Assembly (NCBI RefSeq): GCF_042660085.1
Contig: NZ_JBHSTI010000008.1
Span: 450,001-482,000 of the forward strand
Direction: 5' to 3'
DNA length: 32,000 bases
Source: Longivirga aurantiaca
GTDB taxonomy: Bacteria > Actinomycetota > Actinomycetes > S36-B12 > CAIYMF01
The translations under genes and the position numbers were made by a program. Below, in pieces: positions 24,704 to 32,000 of this stretch. Under the pieces are notes generated by a model, which had not been told where the DNA came from, did no database searches, and was given only the letters and a program-made list of their open reading frames with translations. The stretch's first letter is position 1. Each line of letters starts with the position of its first letter.

Positions 24704-25843
24704 TCAGAGCCTGCCCGCAGGGGTGATTCCGAGCGACATCCCGGCGAGACCGCGGGCGCGCGTGCCGAGGCGGGTCGCGACCTCGGTGAGGACGGTCGAG
24801 GCCGGGGCGTCGGGGTCGGACGCGACGAGCGGCGTGCCGTTGTCGCCGCCCTCGCGCAGGCGCACGTCGAACGGCACCCGTCCGAGCAGCGGCACGTCGG
24901 TGCCGAGCTCACGCGTGAGGGTCTCGGACACCATCTGCCCGCCGCCGGAGCCGAAGAGGTCCATCGGCTCACCGCAGTGCGGGCAGGGGAAGGACGACAT
25001 GTTCTCGACGACGCCGGCGAGGCGCTGCTTGGTCTGCTGCGCGAGCATGCCCGCGCGGATCGCCACCTCGGCCGCCGCGGTCTGCGGCGTCGTCACGACG
25101 ACGAGCTCGGCCTGGGGCAGCAGCTGCGCGGTGGAGATGGCGACGTCGCCGGTGCCCGGGGGCAGGTCGAGCAGCAGGACGTCGAGGTCGCCCCACCACA
25201 CGTCGGCGAGGAACTGCTGCAGCGCGCGGTGCAGCATCGGGCCGCGGAACGCGACGGGTTGCGAGACGCCACCGGGCTTGAACGCCAGCATCGAGATCAC
25301 GCGGACGCCGTACGCCTGCGGCGGCATGATCATGCCCTCGACCATCGTCGGCGGCTCGGTCGCGCCGAGCAGGCGCGGGATCGAGTGGCCGTAGATGTCG
25401 GCGTCGACGAGGCCGACGGACAGGCCCTGCATCGCCATCGCGACCGCCAGGTTGGCGGTGACCGACGACTTGCCGACGCCGCCCTTGCCCGAGGCGACGG
25501 CGTACATGCGGGTGAGGTTGCCGGGCTTGGTGAACACGATCTCGCGCTCGTCATGGCCGACGAGCGAGGCCCGCAGCTCCTTGCGCTGCTCCTCGTTCAT
25601 CACGTCGAGCTCGACCTCGACGGCGCTGACCCCGGGGACGGCGCCGACGGCCTCGACCACGCGCGAGGTGATGGTGTCGCGCATCGGGCAGCCGGAGACG
25701 GTGAGCCAGACGGCCACACGCGCGACGCCGTCGACGACCTCGCGCGACTTCACCATCTTGAGATCGGTGATCGGGCGGCGGATCTCGGGGTCCTCGACCG
25801 TCGCGAGGGCAGCATCGATCAGGTCGAGCAACGTCTGGGACAT
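24704..25843 (-). CDS. mrp: Mrp/ApbC/NBP35-family Fe-S cluster carrier ATPase
   Basis: N-terminal DUF59-like domain (VEDPEIRRPITDLKMV). Deviant Walker A SGKGGVGKSS. CPHC cluster-binding motif. Confidence 0.9.
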   Translation of the reverse strand: MSQTLLDLIDAALATVEDPEIRRPITDLKMVKSREVVDGVARVAVWLTVSGCPMRDTITSRVVEAVGAVPGVSAVEVELDVMNEEQRKELRASLVGHDEREIVFTKPGNLTRMYAVASGKGGVGKSSVTANLAVAMAMQGLSVGLVDADIYGHSIPRLLGATEPPTMVEGMIMPPQAYGVRVISMLAFKPGGVSQPVAFRGPMLHRALQQFLADVWWGDLDVLLLDLPPGTGDVAISTAQLLPQAELVVVTTPQTAAAEVAIRAGMLAQQTKQRLAGVVENMSSFPCPHCGEPMDLFGSGGGQMVSETLTRELGTDVPLLGRVPFDVRLREGGDNGTPLVASDPDAPASTVLTEVATRLGTRARGLAGMSLGITPAGRL

Positions 25844-25903
25844 GCCCTGATGCTACGTGCGGTGCCGATGCCCGGCAGAACCGCCTCCGCCCTGGACGGA
25901 CGC

Positions 25904-25963
25904 GAGTTACTGCCCAAATGCACGTTGAGCTCGGCCGCTCAGCGTGCATTTGGGCAGTAACTC
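25904..25963. repeat. 60-bp palindromic REP-like element, copy 2 (single long hairpin; probable terminator of the GspE-like gene, upstream of mrp)
   Basis: GAGTTACTGCCCAAATGCACGTTGAGC-tcggcc-GCTCAGCGTGCATTTGGGCAGTAACTC forms a 27-bp stem with one G-T pair. It starts 6 nt past the stop at 25970-25972. Confidence 0.75.
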
Positions 25964-25969
25964 GGAGGG

Positions 25970-27694
25970 CTAGGCGGAGTGGTCGGGGTCGTCGGGGACG
26001 GCGCGGACGATCTCCTCGAGCGTGGTGCCGCCGCGGCGGGCGAGCTCGACGGCCTGCTCGCGCATCGACCGGGTGCCGGCGAGCCGGGCGGCCCGGCGGA
26101 TCGAGGACTCGTCACCGCCCTCGAGCAGGGCGCGGCGCACCTCGGGGCCGACCTCGAGCGTCTCGAGCACGGCGGTACGGCCGCGGTAGCCGGTGCCGCC
26201 GCAGGCGAGGCAGCCGACGGTCTCGAGCCAGCCGCCGACCGGGTCGGACACCCAGAGCGTGGCGAGCAGGAACGGGTCGGGGTCGTGCCGCACCGCGCAC
26301 TCGGGGCACGGCACGCGCACGAGCCTCTGCGAGAGCACGAGGGCGAGGGACGACGTCAGCAGGTAGCCCGGCACGCCCATGTCGAGCAGGCGCGTCACGG
26401 CCGACGCCGAGTCGAGCGTGTGCAGCGTCGAGAGCACCAGGTGGCCGGTGAGGGCCGCGCGTACGGCGAGCTCCGCGGTCTCGCGGTCTCGGATCTCCCC
26501 GACGAGCACGACATCGGGGTCCTGGCGCAGGGCCGCGCGCAGCCCGCGTCCGAACGTCATACCGGTGCGTTCGTCGATGTGCACCTGGGTCACGCCGGGC
26601 AGCTCGATCTCGACCGGGTCCTCGAGGGTGATCACGTTGCGACTGGAATCCACGCCCTCGGAGAGCGCGGCATAGAGCGTGTTGGTCTTTCCCGAGCCGG
26701 TCGGACCGGTGATGAGCACGAGCCCCTGCGGACGGTGGACCACGTCGAGCAGCAGCCGCTGCTGCTCACCGGTGAGCCCGAGCGCGTCGAGCCTGGGCAG
26801 GCGGTGCGACGCCGGGAGCAGCCGCACCACGACCGTCTCGCCATGCATGCTCGGCAGCGTCGAGACGCGCAGGTCGACCCGCTCACCCTCCACGCGCGTG
26901 AGGGCACGGCCGTCCTGCGGGAGCCGGCGTTCGATCACGTCGAGGTCGGCGATGATCTTGAATCGCGCAGTGATCGCGCTGCTGCCGGTCCGTGGCAGCA
27001 GGAACGTCTCGCGCAGCACGCCGTCCACACGCATGCGCACGCGCACGCCGTCGCGCGACGGCTCCACGTGCAGGTCGCTGGCGCCCGCGCGCACGGCGTC
27101 GGCGAGCAGGCGGTCGACGAGGCGGATCGTGGCGGCGTCGGTGGCGGGGTCCGCGTCGTCGACAGGTACGTCGACCGGGGTCACCTCGTGCAGGAAGTCG
27201 GCGACGAGGGTGGTGTCGACCTGCTGGCTCCACACGATCGCCAGCGCCTCGCGGATGCGGCTCTCGGGGGCCACGTGAGCGTCGATGCCGGTCACTCCGG
27301 TGAGAGCGCGCACGTCGTCGAGGGCGACGACGTCGACCGGGTCTGCGACCGCGACCGCGAGCCGCGTGCCGCGCCGGGCGAAGGCCACGACGGCGTGCCG
27401 CTCGGCCAGGGCCCGGGGGATGAGGCGGGCGACGGCGGAGTCGACGTTGCCCGGGTCGAGGTCGATGAGGGGCAGGACGTGCTGCACGGCGAGCGCACGG
27501 GCGAGGTCGGACTCGTCGACGAGCCCGAGCTCGCGGACGACCCGGCCGAGCCGCCTGGTGCCGCCCGAGGCGAGGCGCGACTCGAGGGCGGCCGCGACCT
27601 GGTGGTGGTCGAGCAGCCCGAGCTGCACGAGCACGTCGCCGAGGCGCGGGCGCCCGACGGGCTCCTCGCCGGTCACGATCGGGTGGACGCTCAC
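25970..27694 (-). CDS. GspE/PulE/MshE-family secretion/pilus ATPase with N-terminal T2SSE_N (MshEN-like) domain
   Basis: Walker A GPTGSGKTNT. Tetracysteine CPEC...CLAC. N-terminal RLGDVLVQLGLL / RLGRVVRELGLV repeats. The start is uncertain; GTG 27694 is chosen. The track ORF's upstream 160 codons overlap the DUF1003 gene and look non-coding. Confidence 0.8.
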   Translation of the reverse strand: MSVHPIVTGEEPVGRPRLGDVLVQLGLLDHHQVAAALESRLASGGTRRLGRVVRELGLVDESDLARALAVQHVLPLIDLDPGNVDSAVARLIPRALAERHAVVAFARRGTRLAVAVADPVDVVALDDVRALTGVTGIDAHVAPESRIREALAIVWSQQVDTTLVADFLHEVTPVDVPVDDADPATDAATIRLVDRLLADAVRAGASDLHVEPSRDGVRVRMRVDGVLRETFLLPRTGSSAITARFKIIADLDVIERRLPQDGRALTRVEGERVDLRVSTLPSMHGETVVVRLLPASHRLPRLDALGLTGEQQRLLLDVVHRPQGLVLITGPTGSGKTNTLYAALSEGVDSSRNVITLEDPVEIELPGVTQVHIDERTGMTFGRGLRAALRQDPDVVLVGEIRDRETAELAVRAALTGHLVLSTLHTLDSASAVTRLLDMGVPGYLLTSSLALVLSQRLVRVPCPECAVRHDPDPFLLATLWVSDPVGGWLETVGCLACGGTGYRGRTAVLETLEVGPEVRRALLEGGDESSIRRAARLAGTRSMREQAVELARRGGTTLEEIVRAVPDDPDHSA

Positions 27695-27756
27695 GAGGGA
27701 GACATCGGCAGTTCTGCGCGGATGTTGAGCGTCCGAGCGGGGGTTCCGCGGCCGGG

Positions 27757-28314
27757 TCAGGCGTCGGTGTCGTCTGCGTCGTCCTCGGCCGTGGCCTTGG
27801 CCTTCTTCGCCTTCGCCTTGGTCTTCGCCGCCCGCTCGTCGAGGTCGTCGAGCAGGTCGCGGAGCTCGCTGCGGATGTAGTCGCGGGTGGCGACCTCGCC
27901 GAGGGCGACCCGCAGCGACGCGACCTCGCGCATGAGGTACTCGGTGTCGGCGATGAGGCGGTCGGTGCGCGCCCGGTCGTCCTGGTACTGCACGCGGTCG
28001 CGGTCGGCCTGGCGGTTCTGCGCGAGCAGGATGAGGGGAGCGGCGTACGACGCCTGCAGCGACAGCAGCAGCGTGAGGCCGATGAACTGCCACTCGTCGA
28101 AGCGCAGCTCCTTCGGCCCGAAGGTGTTCCAGAGGACCCAGGCGATGATGAACCCGGTCATGTAGCCGATGAAGCGCCACGACCCGAGGAACCGCGCGAT
28201 GCGCTCGGACAGGCGGCCGACGCGCTCCGGGTCGACGGACGGGCGCAGCGTGACGCCGCGCTCGGTCGGCTGGTCGAGGCGGGGCCCCCGACGCTCGTCA
28301 CGGTCACGCGCCAT
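27757..28314 (-). CDS. DUF1003 membrane protein
   Basis: GSWRFIGYMTGFIIAWVLWN ... LLLSLQASYAAPLILLAQNRQADRD is the typical DUF1003 pattern. Lys/Ala-rich acidic C-terminal tail. Confidence 0.85.
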   Translation of the reverse strand: MARDRDERRGPRLDQPTERGVTLRPSVDPERVGRLSERIARFLGSWRFIGYMTGFIIAWVLWNTFGPKELRFDEWQFIGLTLLLSLQASYAAPLILLAQNRQADRDRVQYQDDRARTDRLIADTEYLMREVASLRVALGEVATRDYIRSELRDLLDDLDERAAKTKAKAKKAKATAEDDADDTDA

Positions 28315-29590
28315 GGGTCACCTCCTCCTCGTCGTCCGTCGCGGCGTCCGGGTCGTTGTCGGCGTCGCGCCAGTTCTCGGGGAGCATGTGGTCGATGACG
28401 TCGTCGACCGTGATCGCGCCCAGCAGGTGGTCGTTCTCGTCGACCACGGGGATCGCCACGAGGTTGTACGTGGCGAAGTAGCGCGTCACCTGAGACAGGG
28501 GCGCATCCGGGCCGATGGGCTCGAGGGCGTCGTCGAGGACGGCCGAGACGAGGCTCGACGGCGGCTCGCGCAGCAGGCGCTGGAAGTGCGCGACGCCGAG
28601 GTACTTGCCGGTCGGCGTCTCGAACGGCGCGCGCACGACGTACACCTGGGCAGCCAGGGCGGGGGACAGGTCCTGGTCGCGGATGCGGGCGAGCGCCTCG
28701 GCCACCGTGGAGTCGGGCGGCAGGATCACCGGCTCCGGCGTCATCATGCCGCCGGCGGTGTAGTCGTCGTAGCTGAGCAGGCGGCGCAGGTCCTCGGCGT
28801 CCTCCGGCTCGACGAGCGACAGGATCGCCTCGGCGGTCTCCGGCGGGAGCTCGGAGAGGAGGTCGGCGGCGTCGGCCGGGTCCATCTCCTCGAGGACGTC
28901 GGCGGCGCGCTCGCCCTCGAGGGCCGCGACGATCTCGACGCGGTCGTCCTCGGGCAGCTCCTCGAGGACGTCGGCGAGCTTCTCGTCGTCGAGGGCGGCG
29001 GCGAGCTCGAACCGGCGCTTGGGCGTGAGCTCCTGCAGCACGTTGGCGAGGTCGGCAGCGCGCAGCTTCTCGACCGTGGCCAGCAGGCTGACCACGCCCT
29101 GCTCGGGGTCGGGGAGGGTGAGGCCCGACAGGGCGCTCCACTCGACGACGACCGTCTCGCCACGACGTCGGAAGCCGCTGCCGCCCTTGCGGACGAAGAT
29201 CTTCTCGACCGACCAGTCGCGGGTGCGCTCCTGGCGGATGCCGACGTCCTGCACCGTGACCTGCTCGCCGGTCTCGAGCAGGGTCACGCGCTTGTCGAAC
29301 AGTTCGGAGAGGACGAGGGTCTCGCCGGCGCGCTGCTCGAAGCGGCGCATGTTGAGCAGGCCGGTGGTGACGACCGCGCCCTCGGTCACGTTGGTCACGC
29401 GCGTCATGGGGCAGAAGATCCGGCGGCGGGGCTGCACCTCCACCACGAGGCCGAGCACGCGGGGGGCGTTGCTCCCGTGCCGGAGCGCGACGACGATGTC
29501 GCGCACCTTGCCGACCTGGTCTCCGCGGGGGTCGAAGACGGCGATGCCGGCGAGGCGGGCGATGTAGACCCTCGTCGGCGCTCCGCTCAT
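28304..29590 (-). CDS. soluble PRC-barrel + MgtE_N + CBS-pair protein (no MgtE membrane domain)
   Basis: MgtE_N-type acidic helical repeats (ADLANVLQELTP..ADVLEELPEDD..AADVLEEMDPADAADLLSELP) are followed by a CBS pair. It overlaps the DUF1003 start by 11 nt. Confidence 0.85.
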   Translation of the reverse strand: MSGAPTRVYIARLAGIAVFDPRGDQVGKVRDIVVALRHGSNAPRVLGLVVEVQPRRRIFCPMTRVTNVTEGAVVTTGLLNMRRFEQRAGETLVLSELFDKRVTLLETGEQVTVQDVGIRQERTRDWSVEKIFVRKGGSGFRRRGETVVVEWSALSGLTLPDPEQGVVSLLATVEKLRAADLANVLQELTPKRRFELAAALDDEKLADVLEELPEDDRVEIVAALEGERAADVLEEMDPADAADLLSELPPETAEAILSLVEPEDAEDLRRLLSYDDYTAGGMMTPEPVILPPDSTVAEALARIRDQDLSPALAAQVYVVRAPFETPTGKYLGVAHFQRLLREPPSSLVSAVLDDALEPIGPDAPLSQVTRYFATYNLVAIPVVDENDHLLGAITVDDVIDHMLPENWRDADNDPDAATDDEEEVTHGA

Positions 29591-29734
29591 GAGCGCAGCG
29601 TATCGGCCTGGTCAGGCACATCCCGACGGGAAACGCTGTGCCGTCCGCAGGCGCGGCAATGCTGTTGACGCGGGAGCCGGATGCGGGTGTGGTGGATCCC
29701 GAGCTCCTTCCGGAGCGTGCCGGGAGGAGGGATC

Positions 29735-31027
29735 GTGGACGACCCCGCCCGTCTCGAGGAGACGGACGACGTGGAGGTCGACCCGCCGGTGGGCGGCGCG
29801 GTCCCTTCGGGCGACGACCCTCCGCCGAACTGGGTGCGCGACGCGACGCTGTTCCTGGCCGGGCAGACGGCGTCGCTCTTCGGGTCGTCGCTGGTGCAGT
29901 ACGCGATCATGTGGCACCTGACCCTGACGACGCAGTCCGGGCTCGTCCTCATGGGCGCGACCATCGCCGGCTTCCTTCCGCAAGCGGTGGTGTCGGTGTT
30001 CGCCGGGGTGTGGGCAGACCGGCACAACCGCAAGCTGATCGTGATGGGTGCGGACGCGGTCATCGCCCTGACCACCCTGGGCCTCGTCGTGCTGCTGCTG
30101 CGCGGCGTCGAGGACCTGTGGCTGATCTTCCTGACGCTCGCGATCCGCTCGGTCGGCGCCGGCGTGCAGACCCCTGCCGTGAGCGCGCTCATCCCGCAGA
30201 TCGTGCCCGCGGCCAGCCTCATGCGGGTCAACGGCATCAACACCAGCATCCAGTCGGGGTCGATGCTGCTCTCGCCGGCGGTGGCGGCCTGGCTGTACGC
30301 CTCCTTCGACCTCGTCGCCGTGCTCATGGTCGACGTCGTGACGGCGCTGATCGGCATCGGACTGGTGCTGCTCGTCCCCGTCCCGGCGATCGCCCGGAGC
30401 GCCGTGGCCATGGGCTACCTGGACGACCTCAAGGCGGGGCTGGGCTACGTCAGGACCCACACGCTCGTGCGCCGGGTGCTCGTCTTCTACGCGATCATCT
30501 TCGTGCTCGTCGTCCCGCCGTCGTACCTGACGCCGCTGCTGGTGGTGCGAACGTTCGGCGACGAGGTCTGGAAGCTCACGGCGAACGAGCTCGCGTTCAG
30601 CATCGGGATGGTCGTGGGCGGCGCCTTCCTCGCGTGGTGGGGCGGCACACGCGACCGCATCGCGATGCTCGTCGGCGCCTCGATCGGGGTGGGCGTGCTG
30701 AGCATCGCCCTCGGCCTCGCCCCGTACCTCTGGATCTTCCTCGTGTTCATGTTCCTGGTCGGTGTGTGCATCCCGTTCTTCTGGACCACCTCGACCACGC
30801 TGCTGCAGGAGACGGTCGAGAACGACTTCCAGGGCCGGGTCTTCGGCCTGCTCGGGATCGTGATGGCGCTCGCGATGCCGTTCGGCATGCTGGTCTTCGG
30901 GCCGCTCAGCGACGTGGTGAGCGTCCAGGCGCTCCTGGTCGGCGGAGGCGTGCTGACGATCCTCGTGGGGATCGTCGTGGCCACCCGCAGCCCCGTCTCG
31001 GAGGAGTCGCACGCGGCGAGTGCGTGA
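29735..31027 (+). CDS. MFS transporter (12-TM type)
   Basis: Polytopic hydrophobic ORF. GGGAGGAGG RBS before in-frame GTG 29735. The track start at 29681 is considered less likely. Confidence 0.8.
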   Translation: MDDPARLEETDDVEVDPPVGGAVPSGDDPPPNWVRDATLFLAGQTASLFGSSLVQYAIMWHLTLTTQSGLVLMGATIAGFLPQAVVSVFAGVWADRHNRKLIVMGADAVIALTTLGLVVLLLRGVEDLWLIFLTLAIRSVGAGVQTPAVSALIPQIVPAASLMRVNGINTSIQSGSMLLSPAVAAWLYASFDLVAVLMVDVVTALIGIGLVLLVPVPAIARSAVAMGYLDDLKAGLGYVRTHTLVRRVLVFYAIIFVLVVPPSYLTPLLVVRTFGDEVWKLTANELAFSIGMVVGGAFLAWWGGTRDRIAMLVGASIGVGVLSIALGLAPYLWIFLVFMFLVGVCIPFFWTTSTTLLQETVENDFQGRVFGLLGIVMALAMPFGMLVFGPLSDVVSVQALLVGGGVLTILVGIVVATRSPVSEESHAASA

Positions 31028-31069
31028 GCCCGGGCGGTCGTGCCGGCCGACGTCCGGTTGGATGTGCGC

Positions 31070-31999
31070 ATGACCGAGGCCGGCGAGGTGCGCGCGAACG
31101 CCGTGTCCCGGCCGCCGGGCACCGACATCGCGCTCATGGCGGTCGCGGTCACGGCCATCTCGACGTCCGGCCCGATCATCGCCGCGATGGCGGCCCCGGC
31201 CCTCGCCATCGCCTTCTGGCGCGGCGTCTTCGGCGGCGGTCTCACCCTGCTGTGGGCCCTCGTGCGGCAGCGGGCGGAGCTGTTCGCCCTCAGCGGCAGC
31301 TCGCGGCGGTGGACCGTGATCGCGGGGCTGCTCCTGGGTGCGCACTTCGCGACCTGGGTGCCGAGCCTGCGCTTCACCTCGGTGGCGGCGTCCACCGCCC
31401 TGGTGGCGACGCAGCCCGTGTGGGCGGCGCTCATGGCCCGGGCGCAGGGTGCCCACGTCGCGCGGCAGGCCTGGGTGGGCATCGGGGTCTCGCTGCTCGG
31501 CATCCTCGTGCTCACGGGCATCGACTTCTCGATCAACCCCATGGCCCTCGTGGGCGACCTTCTCGCCCTCGCCGGCGCCGTGCTGGCCGCGGCCTACGTC
31601 ACGGCAGGGGAGAAGGCACGCCAGACGGTCTCGACGCCCGTCTACACCGGCGTCGCCTACGTGGTCTCGTCGCTGGCGATCCTGCCGCTGTGCCTGCTCC
31701 TGGGTGCGTCGCTCACCGGCTACTCCGCCCGCGACTGGTGGCTCCTCGTGGCGCTCACGGCCGGTGCCCAGCTGCTCGGCCACACGCTCATCAACCGGGT
31801 GCTCAAGACCACCTCGGCCACCGTGACCAGCCTGGCGATCCTGTTCGAGATGCCGGGTGCCACCCTCATCGCGGCTGTCTGGCTCGGACAGGTGCCGCCG
31901 CTCGCGATCCTGCCCGCGCTCGTCCTGCTCTTCGCAGGCCTCGTGCTGGTGATCCGCTCGGGCGACCGGCGGGTGCTCTCCGAGTCGCCCCCGGTCTGA
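31070..31999 (+). CDS. DMT-superfamily (EamA-like) transporter
   Basis: 10-TM-like hydrophobic profile with two EamA-type halves. Starts at ATG 31070 (alternative GTG 31040). Stop TGA at 31997-31999. Confidence 0.8.
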   Translation: MTEAGEVRANAVSRPPGTDIALMAVAVTAISTSGPIIAAMAAPALAIAFWRGVFGGGLTLLWALVRQRAELFALSGSSRRWTVIAGLLLGAHFATWVPSLRFTSVAASTALVATQPVWAALMARAQGAHVARQAWVGIGVSLLGILVLTGIDFSINPMALVGDLLALAGAVLAAAYVTAGEKARQTVSTPVYTGVAYVVSSLAILPLCLLLGASLTGYSARDWWLLVALTAGAQLLGHTLINRVLKTTSATVTSLAILFEMPGATLIAAVWLGQVPPLAILPALVLLFAGLVLVIRSGDRRVLSESPPV

Positions 32000-32000
32000 G

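Noticed and set aside
25970-28180. Full 736-aa version of the GspE-like ORF
   Set aside because: The N-terminal ~160 codons are Arg/Pro/Gly-rich and overlap the well-supported DUF1003 gene in another frame. The T2SSE_N domain begins right after GTG 27694.
25979-31783. 633-aa (+) ORF opposite the GspE-like gene and 723-aa (-) ORF opposite the MFS and EamA genes
   Set aside because: Shadow ORFs with extreme R/H/D/G composition. The opposite strands encode proteins with clear ATPase or polytopic membrane signatures.

Overview
High-GC actinobacterial chromosomal window with dense, mostly unambiguous coding. About 80% is a conserved housekeeping backbone. As far as I recall, its order mirrors the mycobacterial/corynebacterial region: gltA | dapD <> dapE | wrbA | two tandem LOG-family genes | folP | DivIVA-domain gene, tag, DUF3117 | O-methyltransferase <> sigE-rseA-(RseB-like)-(DUF2993)-htrA-tatB | ... 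| YjbR | APH-like kinase, mrp, GspE-like ATPase, DUF1003, MgtE_N/CBS | MFS | EamA. The backbone is interrupted at about 16.95-23.3 kb by an accessory block with no integrase or transposase. This block holds a tightly coupled minus-strand operon: ECF sigma factor, then a 151-aa orphan protein, then an 881-aa TPR-CHAT (caspase-fold) protease. A signal-peptide-less S8 subtilase converges on it with stop codons 20 bp apart, and a membrane-anchored orphan plus a possible 55-aa ORF lie upstream. No cas genes or CRISPR array are present. The sigma + small partner + TPR-CHAT logic resembles the Csx29/Csx30/RpoE and CalpL/CalpT/CalpS protease-gated sigma modules of type III CRISPR systems, so this is my top candidate for an undescribed system. 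Secondary observations: (1) a 60-bp palindromic REP-like element in two copies (7274-7333, 25904-25963); (2) a 23-bp inverted-repeat pair in the gltA/dapD spacer; (3) a proteobacterial-style RseB homologue and a DUF2993 lipid-binding-family protein inserted in the sigE-rseA-htrA cluster; (4) an orphan GspE/MshE-type ATPase with two MshEN-like c-di-GMP-binding motifs; (5) a secreted protein with a GroEL-like Gly-Met tail; (6) two leaderless-type -10/GTG arrangements. No rRNA, tRNA, CRISPR or recognisable transposon was seen. The many long alternate-frame ORFs in the track are high-GC artefacts.
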